A stretch of 64,000 nucleotides of DNA from Lytechinus pictus (lineage: Eukaryota). Below the pieces are notes generated by a model. That model was not told the origin of the DNA, searched no databases, and saw only the letters and a list, made by a program, of their open reading frames with translations. Shown in pieces: positions 53,318 to 64,000 of the stretch (position 1 is its first letter; each line of letters starts with the position of its first letter). Position numbers and translations under genes: made by a program. The stretch covers positions 45,138,001 through 45,202,000 of the forward strand of contig NC_087251.1 in assembly GCF_037042905.1 (NCBI RefSeq), read 5' to 3'.

Positions 53318-55669
53318 GTCTTGTTACTGCTGTTCACATACACGAGTGCAAAGGGTAGTATGCACACTTCCAGCATTCATCGCTTTGGTCTGGACTGATA
53401 CCGCTATGAATACGATTCACAAAAAAAGACTGAACGTGCCTTTCAACTACCTGCATCCTTGGATTGGGTGAAGTTACTAATAAACTTTCATTATCAACTT
53501 CATGCAATATAAAGTTACATCAGTTTGAAAGAGAATACCTTTATTGTTCACTCCGTTTTTCAGCAAAACTCAGTGTGGTCATTTTGTTGTTAAATTCATA
53601 ATTATTCCATCATTTTACTCCTCGGGTATCACTGATGAAGTACTTACATGTATGATATTGCCATGTATTCCAAGTACGTTTTAAACTTCACACACACGCT
53701 GTTTCAGCCACTTTTATAGCGTCCATGAATCAGACAACATACTGTCATAGTTTCTATAAGATATTTCTTATAAACATGAAAAATCTATTTTCAAGAAGAC
53801 TTCTGAATGAGTAAAAAGCAACACAGCCAATTTTTTAGAGATGCTGGTAGTTTCCCGATGATTCTGATGGAAGATAATGTTATACCTCTTAGGAAGATAA
53901 TGTCTTAACCTTACCATATCCTTACAATAATCTCTACTGCTATCATGGCTACTACTGTAATAAAGAAAAAGTACGAAAAAAGACCCCAAATAAATCCTAA
54001 TATCTTAAGCTAATTTAGAATAACTTAAACATACCCTAGCTTATCACAACCGTAAAATAAAGAGTAAATGTGCAATTATATTTCTGTATTCATTCTTCAA
54101 AACCACTGGAGAGTCACAGATGAAATAAGAGGTATTGTTAATGATGAATAGCTGAAAAGGCTTGAACAAGATAAACAATTAATTTACTCATAATGGAATG
54201 ATGCTTAGAGAAGTATGAAGACCGAATGGGAGGGGTATGGACGCAGCCTCGGTGGTATTCAAAATCAGAAGTTTTACATCGAGATTAAGCTTATTTCCTA
54301 ATCCCTATTTGGGCCAGTAACGAAAGTCGATGTGATTGAATACAAGGCATACTTTCGCGATAGATTGCATTGATCATTATGCACAATCAATCATAAATCT
54401 CAATTGTATAATCGACTGCTAATCTGTGTTCATAGCATACAGGCCCATGATTTTTAAAACTCTGCAGATGGACTCCAATCAAAGATATGTTATGAATATC
54501 CACACGTATAAGAGGAGAGTTCTTTACATGCTTCCTCTGTGTCCCTTGGAGAAGACGTTAAGCTGTCGGTCCTCTGGTTGCTTGTTTTACAAGTATACAT
54601 TCATGTTTTCTTAGCAACCAGGCAAATTCACCATGGCCACTCTCGACCTACATCCCATTGCAGTTGACTACATTCTACATCAAAAATAGTTAATCACTTT
54701 AAGAGATAGATTACTAAAATACTGTACTAATACATACCAAATTGTTTAAAATGAGAGAATACATGATCTGTTTTTAACGATACATTTCAGACAGTTGGAC
54801 AAGACTTTGACACAATGACAACAAACATTTAGAGAAGGAAAGCATTTGATCTATAACAACATCACCTTACAAGGAAACACTTTTTAAATAAGACTGAGCT
54901 GGATATTGTGACACTAGCTTTAAAATTCAAGAAAAAAATAAGTTATCAGATGACATCAATACACAATGCAACAATGTATACTAATATTTTAGTACATGAC
55001 AAAAAAACAACCCTCCAAATGAAATATTCATTTAAAATTCATTACATGTAACTTCAATTAAAAAATATATATATATATGATGAAGCATAATTACAAGGTT
55101 TATGTTTACATTAAACATTTAGTAAATACGATATCTGGCAAGATGGTATCCAATACATGCACTGTAATGTTGCATGTAATATTGTGTGTGTAATGCGGGT
55201 GAACTGTGAAAAAATTTGTAAAATAATTTCACCATCAAACAAAATGGGGGGGGGGGTGGAGACTTCTTTGGATAGTAAGATGTTTACTAGGGTAAATTTG
55301 GGACAATAAAAAGAAAACAGAAGAAATATAGAAAAGAAAATAAAGGTAGTAGAAAATAAGGAAGGTTTGAATGAGGACAGTTGAGGAGCAACAGAAATGC
55401 AGGCTGACGAAGCAGAGACAGTAAATGCCCTATTAGCATGTAAGAAAATTAATAGAATGTAAAGGAATAAAATAGAAGAATTGAGAGATATTGGGAGGAA
55501 AAAAGAATAAGATGTGAGAGTGAGAAAATGAAGGGTTTTGAAAACTGAAATATCAAGGGATGGGATTTTGCTAAAGATGAATGAAATGAGATGTGGATGA
55601 AGAAGTGAAAAGGGTGCAATAGTGTTAAGATAGAATTGGTGTTGGATGAAAATTGAGGTGGAATTGTGT

Positions 55670-57105
55670 TAGGAATGGGTTAAACAAGGAGATGGGTGGG
55701 GTGCTGAAGGCTTAAAAGGTGTGACTGTGCTGAAGATAAAATGGGATGAGGGGATGGCAAAGGAATGCAAGTGTGCTTTTCATGATGACGATGATGATGA
55801 AGATGATGGTGGTGGTGATGATGGTAATGATGGTGGTGGTGATGATGATGATGATGCTGGTGGTGATGATGATGATGTGGATGAGGATGATGATGGTGGT
55901 GGGTAATGATGAGGTGGATATAAAACAAGAATGGGGTGAAACCTTGGTGGGAGTGGGTTAGAGATGTATTAAACGAGGAGGGATGGGCTGAAATATTGGA
56001 AGGGTAAGATTGTGCTAAAGATTGAATGGAATGAGTGGGGGTGTGTCGGAGATGGGTTAATTAGGGAGGTGCGGTGGGGGTGAAACCTTGGATGAGTGCA
56101 TCTGTCTCAAAAGATGGAATGGGATGAGTGGATGAAACAGGGGTAGGGCTGTGTTAGAGATGGGTTAAATAGGGAGGATGGGTAAATATAGTATTGGAAG
56201 AATGCGATTCCCTTCAAGACAGTATAGGATGAGAAGATGAAGGAGGGGTCGGAGTTGGTTAGAGATGTATTGAACAGGGAGATGGGGTGAAATCTTGGAG
56301 AGGTGTGATTGTGTTAAAGACGGAATTGGAGAATGACAGAGCTATGAGTGGGAGTGTGTTAGAGATGGGTAAAACAGGGAGGGGTGGGGTGAAACCTCAG
56401 ATGGGTGTTATTGTGTTGAAGATGGAATGAGGCGAGTGGATGGCAGAGGGGTGGGAGGGTGTTAGAGATGGGTTAAATAAGGAAGAGGGGTGGGGTGGAA
56501 GCGTAAAGGGATGTGATTGTGTTCAAGCTGGATTGGGATGAGAGGACGACAGCAGAGGAGTGGTGAGTGGATGGCAGAGGGGCTCCGTAGTGTGGTTAGA
56601 GATGGGTTAAATAAGGAAGAGGGGTGGGGTGGAAGCGTAAAGGGATGCGATTGTGTTTAAGCTGGATTGGGATGAGAGGACGACAGCAGAGGAGTGGTGA
56701 GTGGATGGCAGAGGGGCTCCATAGTGTGGTAAGAGATGGGTTAAATAAGGAAGAGGGGTGGGGTGGAAGCGTAAAGGGATGCGATTGTGTTCAAGCTGGA
56801 TTGGGATGAGAGGACGACAGCAGAGGAGTGGTGAGTGGATGGCAGAGGGGCTCCGTAGTGTGGTTAGAGATGGGTTAAATAAGGAAGAGGGGTGGGGTGG
56901 AAGCGTAAAGGGATGCGATTGTGTTCAAGCTGGATTGGGATGAGAGGACGACAGCAGAGGAGTGGATGAGGTGAGTGGATGGCAGAGGGGCTCCGTAGTG
57001 TGGTAAGAGATGGGTTAAATAAGGAAGAGGGGTGGGGTGAAAGCGTAAAGGGATGCGATTGTGTTCAAGCTGGATTGGGATGAGAGGACGACAGCAGAGG
57101 GGTGG
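55670..57105 (+). repeat. Purine-rich minisatellite: ~5 near-identical 134-bp units (56461-57100) preceded by diverged ~100-bp relatives and a (GAT/GGT)n tract
   Basis: GTTAGAGATGGGTTAAATAAGGAAGAGGGG at 56461, 56595, 56729, 56863 and 57003; degenerate versions at ~55670, 55957, 56050, 56153, 56258 and 56358. Confidence 0.92.
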
Positions 57106-60100
57106 GTGTGTGTTTGTCACGATGGTGATGACAAGATGGGATAGCAGGAGGGTGATGGTGAAACATCGCTGGGGTGTGATTGTGTTAAAGATGGAATGGG
57201 AAAAAGGCAAGAGGAAGGGGGTGAGGCCTTGAAGGGATGGGGTGACGAGTGAAATGAAGTGAAGATTTTAGGTTAAAGCTGGGATACGATGAGAAGATGG
57301 AATGGGTTAAGGGAGGGAAATGTAGCAAGTATAATGATAGAGTTATTCGTTATGTGTTATGCGCTATACAAAAACCGACCATTATTATTATTATTATCAA
57401 TGATGAGTATACATATATTTTGGATAGAATAAGTTGGATTATTTGAGTATTTGGAAAGCAAAGGAGAATTCAGAAGGGTACAAAACAAATGAAGTGAGAT
57501 GGCATGGAGAGAGAAGGCATAGTAAAATGAAGATTAAATATGAGATGAGAAGGAGAGAGGGGTGACATGTGCTTTAAGGAGTTAAGCAGTGAGATGGAAG
57601 GGGGAAAAGGGGTGCATCATACAGAGGATGGGGTGAGGTGATGATATCTGTGACATATGAAGGAATTGATTAATTTGTGGTGCAATGCAATAGTGTAAAG
57701 TACAGAGCAAGAGCACAGGGAATGATTATATAGATGGACCGACTAAGGAATAGCTATGCAGGAACTGAGGGAGGGAACTACATTGTGTTGAGAATGGTTT
57801 GGGGTTGGAAAGATGGGGAAAATATGTGAGTGTTGGAAAGGTGGGGCTGTAGAGGTGAAAAGGCAGTGGGATGGTTATGAGACAGTGATGGTGGTGAGAG
57901 GGGGAGGGGAGGGGGTGTTCTGTGTTTAAAATGGATGGCAGGGAGATGGAAGGTAGTGACACGAAGGTGCAGTATGCAATTAATAAGTGGGTAGTTTGAG
58001 GCAGATAAAGGGTTGATAATATTGTATGCGGACAATGAGTAGGGAGGAAGGGCAATGTGCACTTTGTAAGAAAATTGGGAGTTTGAAAGGCCCATGGGAA
58101 TAGTGTTCGTTCGATATAGAAAAATTTAAAGGAAATGAGGGACACACTGTGTTAAAGATGGATATGTGCGGAGTTAGAAGGAAAGAAGAGGGTGAAACTG
58201 TCTAAGGATTGAGTAGATAGGTGAAAATATACAAGCATTAATTTTAAAATGGAATAATTTATAAATATATGGCAAGAAATGAAAACATGTCATGAGAATC
58301 ATTATGAAATGAAAGTAAAAGAGTGCTTGTAGAACGAGCATTACCAGAGGTCAGACGGAAGATGTTTGGCGAATGATGTACTAGAACACCAGTCACAGGA
58401 CAATGGATGCAAGAAGAAAAATGAAATACATGTACAGGAAATCGGGTCTTGAGGAAATCTCAGCGAAACAGGTAAAATCACAGATGACAATGGATTAGGG
58501 AGCGTTGTGCTACGTAACAGAGACAAAGGGAGAGGTAGTGAATGGACAGGATAAGCAATAGACAGGGGTGCAGAGTGAATGATACATAGTATGGTGGCAG
58601 GAGGAGACTATGAACTAAAACGACCTCAATGAAAAGGGACAGGTTTGAACAAAAGACAGAAAGAATGCTAGCGAGGTGTGAGATGGTGGACAAGAAACAT
58701 GCTGGTTATCAGATGATGTGAAAGTAATAAGAAATGATGATAAATGCAATGATAAATGCAATGATATCAAGAGAAGGGAAATGAGGGGAGGGGTGAGGTG
58801 GATTAAAAAAATGTGGGAGATAGAAATAAAGTGAGAGAGAGAGAGAGAGAGGGCTCAGCAAGAGAGTGAGGGAATAAGAAATGGAAGAATATTGAAAAGA
58901 TGACAGTCTAACAAAGAAAAATAAAGAAAAGCAGATGAAGAGAAAGAGAGAGAGGGTGAAAGGAAAAGGATGATAGAAAGACAGATATGAAAATAGATGA
59001 AAATAGAGAGAAGGGGGGGGGTACATATATACAATTCTAAAAAGAAAAATATCTCAAAAACAGAAAAAGGGATAACCATTGAAGAAATAGAAAGGGGACA
59101 GTGCAAAAGAATACATGAAAAAGAGAAATACATGTAAAAGACAGAAAAGCAAGAGACAGAATAACCCATATAGCAGCTTTTTTTTGGCAGAAACAATGTA
59201 TTTTTCTTCATAATTTTGGCAAGAACGCTTGTCGTATGTCTCCAAATGTATATTTCCTGTTGTACACCAAACCAGGAAGGATATGCCTCCTATCTCCATT
59301 ATACAGCTAGACCATGGTGTTATTATTCAGAATAATAATAAGTCAATGGCTGGACCTAACAAAGCCCCTGACAGAGCACAGGAAACAAAAACTTAGCTAT
59401 AATAACAGAAGAGAGAGAGAGAGACAGACAGAAAGAAAGACGGAAACAAAAGAGAGGTAGACAGAGAGAGGGAGAGATACAGACTGAGATGGGGAGAGAT
59501 GGCGAGATACATACAGAGAGGGAAAGAGAGATACAGAGAGGGAGAGAGACAGAAAGAGGGAGACAGAGATAAAAATCGAGACAGCAAAAAAGGGAGACTG
59601 TAAAACACAAAGATACAAGAATGCAGATTGAGGAAGGTTGGGACAATTAAAGATTTTAGTTTTTACCCTGATTTTACTATAACTTCTTTGCTTTCTAAAT
59701 ATAATTCAAGCACAATTTAGTTCACTTTCTTCATTCTTCAACTCTCAACACAATTAAATGGCATCATGCCAATACGGGATGGTATTCTTGATATTATTCT
59801 TTGAAATTATTCAAATCAAGCAAATTATTACCAGGAAATGAAGCACAACATGAAAGTGAAAGTGTCTACGGTACTCAACAAATTAAAGAATCGCATACAC
59901 ACACTACACATACACACAATATATAATGATGCATACACAAAAGGCTTGATTTTGGATGTTCTTAAGTATATCCACATGTACTGGCACATCTCAACATCCA
60001 ACATAATTTATATCTCATATACAAATATCTCTTTAAAATATACATATTTATACTATGTACAGGTTGAGATGTATGTTACAAATATACAATGAAATATACA

Positions 60101-61111
60101 AATTTTACATGAGATCTTACATATATTACAGAGTTAATAATTCAATTAAGAAATATCATACAAGTAATATACAAGCTATTTACAAGCAATATATTTCATG
60201 AATTTTTCTAAACTGAAATAATGTAGCAGACTTCACTGACACAGCGAGATCAATGAGACCATTAAAATGAATCTAATTTTTCTGTAAAAGAATGCCATAC
60301 TACTATCCAGCTCAGTTGATTAAGAGAAAGCGACAGACAGATAACGAGTACACAACACACTATTACTGGACATAAAGAAACAAAAAGTATGACAAATATA
60401 TCAATAAGTGAGCGCAAGAAATGTTTAAAACATGGTTTCAGCGCTTATTCTATACCAATGTCGTTCATCTTCAAAACGCTGGTACTGACGCTCAATTCAA
60501 AGAAGTTTTTTCTTACGACATAACAAGATAACATTTACACCGTTGTAAACAGTCACAAGCAATCAATACAAGGAAGATTATATAAGCGCTCAACGTTTGA
60601 AGACCAAGAATGGTCACAAGGCATCAATGTAGCTTTACACAACTTTGGTATCCAGAAACATGGCAAATATATATATAGTTCCACATCAAACTATACTCTT
60701 TTATTCCACAAAGCAGAAAATAACTCTGATAAAAAATAGATTGCCATTTCAATTAAGCGTGATAATAAGTTTATAGACTCACTACAAACACTATCACACA
60801 TCCACAGTTGATTCTAAACACTAATTGTGAAAGAAACATGGAAAACATCAAATAAAATGATGGGAAATTTATGAAATGAAAGATGAATTTCTTGTTCTAC
60901 AATACATCGCACACTAATAAATATTTCTCACAATATATCACTATGGAAAAGGAAAACAATATTGAAAATATATGATGAGGTTGAAAATATATGACGTTGA
61001 CATTCATAAAGCAAAATAAAATATTGACATCAAATGACATCAAAGATAAATGAGGCGAGTTTGTAAAATGAGTTGTATACCAATTACGTTGTCAGTTCGG
61101 TGGAAAGGGTT

Positions 61112-61492
61112 TCACACCGGCGGCGGCCCTCTGACGTAGCTCATGACCGGGCCCGACGCATCCAACATGAGGTTGTCGGTGAGCGACAGGTAGCAGTCGC
61201 CGTGGTACGGTACCACCATGGACGGGAGCACCAGGACCAAGATGGTGCAGAGAAAGAGGAGTAGCTGAATGGGAAAGGCCACGCCCAAGACCCGTCTTGT
61301 GAAGGACTTACTTTGCTTCGGGAGTTCGTACTGCTCGCAGGCATCCTTGGCGTCGACGACGGTTCTCTGGGTGTGGTGGTGTGGGGAGTGGGTCGCGCTA
61401 CCGGGATGGTCCACCATGTCCATGTCTTGGTACTGTCTGGGTAAGATGGCGGGCTTCTGGTGTGCTTCCAACGCTTCCATCGAGGTAATCTC
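61112..61492 (-). CDS. KASH-domain protein, last exon (nesprin/klarsicht-type outer nuclear membrane anchor)
   Basis: Acceptor gatgcag|GAG. The C-terminus FTRRVLGVAFPIQLLLFLCTILVLVLPS...DCYLSLTDNLMLDASGPVMSYVRGPPPV* gives a basic juxtamembrane segment, a TM helix, a luminal Cys and a terminal PPPx, the KASH signature. Confidence 0.93.
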   Translation of the reverse strand, partial: EITSMEALEAHQKPAILPRQYQDMDMVDHPGSATHSPHHHTQRTVVDAKDACEQYELPKQSKSFTRRVLGVAFPIQLLLFLCTILVLVLPSMVVPYHGDCYLSLTDNLMLDASGPVMSYVRGPPPV

Positions 61493-61878
61493 CTGCATCA
61501 AAAACATGGTAGAGTGAAATGAAAGCAATTTTATTATTTCATTCATTATTATTCATATTGGTACATTAGCAATTGATTTATGCATTTAATCTCATTCATT
61601 CAAGCAGCTGCTAGTTCGTAGAGCTCATGACTAAAATGAAAATTATTTGATAATTAGATTTTTGAAAAAATGATAAAAGGGAATAGTGACACATTGGAAG
61701 TTGTTTTTTTGTTTTTTCCCAGCACAGTATTGATACATAAGAAAATGATTTTAGATATAATCTCATTCAAGCAAATAATAGTTAATATTGCTCAAGACTA
61801 AAATTACAATACTTTTTAAATTTGCTAGCCTTAATCCATTGGGCCTTAGGCCTGATAACACTAGAGCTGTGATCTATA

Positions 61879-62189
61879 GGCCCGTATTCTGAAGTCAGGT
61901 TTAACTTAGACCATGGTCTAACTCTGTGCTAAAATTATGGGGAGCCAAAAGTGTCAAATTTTTTATTAAGTTGTATGTTTCTTATGTTTACTGTGCTCTT
62001 TCCTGATTCACCGATGGTAAAGACAATCATCTATTCATACTTCCTAGACAATTATGAGTGATTTGGGAGCCAAATGAGCTGAAATGTGATATCTCTACTG
62101 ATAGTGATTTATGTAACAATTGGCTATCCATACTTAAACCACAACTTTAAACCTGAGTTTAAGTTAAACCTGACTTCAGAATACGGGCC
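61879..62189. mobile_element. Second copy of the GGCCCGTATTCTGAAGTC MITE, in the last intron of the KASH gene
   Basis: Perfect ~30-bp TIR and internal similarity to 47302-47617. Confidence 0.85.
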
Positions 62190-62642
62190 ACTGAATTTAA
62201 TTTTTTTAATGAAATTCAAATCATGTGTTCCACATGTTAATTTGAAACAAAAAAGATAAAGTAGATTTGAAATGCTTGTTTAATAATTCCTTGAACAGGT
62301 TTCAACTATGTTTCAAGTAAACTAAAATTTACTCCCATTTTTAAAAAAGTAAAAAAAAGAGGAATATGTATACATATATTCAGTTACGATTTTTAAACAA
62401 AAATTATTTTTCCTGGCAACCTATGTTTTACTAGCTATGCTTTATAACAGGTTCCTCATATTTCACATTATTGCATTTCTTTGTCAAACAGAAAATGATA
62501 TTTTCGTCATTATGCTTTTTACATGTTCAATAATATGTTTATTTTGTGGAACATGAAACAATAAAAATCAAATCAAATCTGATTTCCATCTCATTATGTT
62601 TGAGAGCACATATCATTAGACATAATCGAAATGATAACTTAC

Positions 62643-64000
62643 CTCAATAATAGGAGTCATATGTCCACCTTCAGAGTGCAAATAGTCCGGTGAGACAGTG
62701 ATTGGTGTGCAGCCTTGTGTCTCGGCATCCCGTACCCTGCCATTCTTATCCATCCACAGCACGATGACATCCTTCCAGCTCCCGACCTGATCCTCCTCCA
62801 GGTCTTCCGCCTCCAGGTTCTTCCCGCTCTTCAGTTCTTCCACCAGGGTGTTGGTCGCCTCCATCAGGCGGTCGGTGTTATCGGTGCCCTGGGAGTCCAG
62901 CTCCCACTTGGATTCCAGTTCCTCGGTGGACAGTAGGAGATCGTTGACCTCCTTCTCCAGCCCCATGATCTCTTCCTTCAGAGCAGCTTCCTCGGGGCTG
63001 TCCTCCGCAGGAGGTGGCACCGACCACAGGTAACACTGCTTGTGCTTCTGGGTGCTCAGGTACTGGTCCAAGTTACCTTCAGAGCAGGCTTCTGCGATCT
63101 GAGAAACGTAACTCATATAGCCCGACTTGTTGAGGGAAGTGTCATTCTCATCCACGACGGTACAAGGGCTGTCAACTTCGGAGAGCTTCAGCGCGTCATG
63201 GGTCGACTTCTCGTCGTCGGTACTCAGCAGCGAGTTGAATCCTGTATCGCAACTACCTGTACAGCTGCCTTCTGTCTGTACCGACTGCGTGTCGGATACA
63301 GAAGATCCAGACTTTCTCTTGTTGCGTTTGTTCTTCTTTGACTTCTTTCCTTGCTCAGGACTCATGATTGCACTCTCTTCCTCGTTGTCTTCTCCCTTCA
63401 GTGCTTTCGATAAAGTATGCTTCACGGCAGCCTGAATACTAGCCAATTCAGTGCAGTCTCTATCACAGTGTGCTTCTCCCGCTGGCCACGTGAAATTGAA
63501 ACTACCAGTACAAGTTTGCATGTAATCCCGCCATAGAGAGTGGCTGAGAGGAAGTGAATCACTTAGCGTTGTATTGCTGGCTGCCTCAATAACTTCCTGT
63601 AAGCCCTCTGATTGGCTACAACTATCTACTTCCTCCATGGAATCTGTTTGTTCGCCTGCGGAGCTTCTCTCCTCCACTGAGTCCAAATCCTCATCATAAC
63701 TTGGCACCATTCTACGGACAATGTTGGACACGATATCAAAACTATCGGACAAGGAATGGGACGTTTTCACTTCTGCTCTACCCAAAGCATCTGAAAAGTC
63801 AGAAAATCTGGAATTTTGCTCAGGACTTCTGTCTTTTTCTTCAGGTGCTATCTGATGCACAAGTTCAGTCACAAAATCCAAAGACTCATACATGTGACTT
63901 AGACTAATACCCGTTATTTCTAAAAGATTATCCTTCTCTTCCTCCTTTTCAGTTGGACCATTTGACCACTGGGAATGTCTCCTCTGACCCAAACTGTGTC
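62643..64000 (-). CDS. KASH-domain protein, large penultimate exon (acidic Ser/Glu-rich, short coiled coil); continues beyond window
   Basis: The 458-aa ORF frame is open to the window edge. Donor GAG|gtaagt at 62643/62642 is phase 0 and joins in frame to the KASH exon. Confidence 0.9.

Noticed and set aside
55680..59646. Poly-His, poly-Asp and Leu/Ser/Phe-rich ORFs
   Set aside because: They arise from purine-skewed low-complexity and tandem repeats; there is no splice or domain support.
62715..63907. Short + strand ORFs overlapping the 458-aa ORF
   Set aside because: Antisense shadows of the KASH gene exon.

Overview
AT-rich eukaryotic (animal) genomic DNA. The repeat families and intron-exon style suggest an echinoderm such as a sea urchin; this is an inference. 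Three protein-coding loci are supported by spliced reading frames. (1) A complete 10-exon + strand gene (30828-35380, 642 aa by manual splicing). It encodes an unusual Ser/Thr-type protein kinase with an N-terminal coiled coil, nine tandem YNPSTPDTAP repeats and a compact kinase domain with an atypical catalytic loop (LMNDLKEDN). (2) A small + strand orphan coiled-coil gene with a PPxY motif (42299-~43426). (3) The 3' end of a - strand gene that runs off the right edge and ends in a clear KASH domain (...VMSYVRGPPPV*), i.e. a LINC-complex outer nuclear membrane protein. The rest is non-coding. It holds a 4.4-kb DNA transposon with ~165-bp TIRs, RFX X-box-like subterminal repeats and two internal tandem arrays. 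It also holds two 5'-truncated LINE ends, a tRNA-derived SINE, many MITEs (some nested or stacked), mini- and microsatellites, and a ~4-kb purine-skewed repeat tract. No prokaryotic systems, CRISPR arrays, rRNA or genuine tRNA genes were seen. Most short ORFs in the track are low-complexity artefacts.
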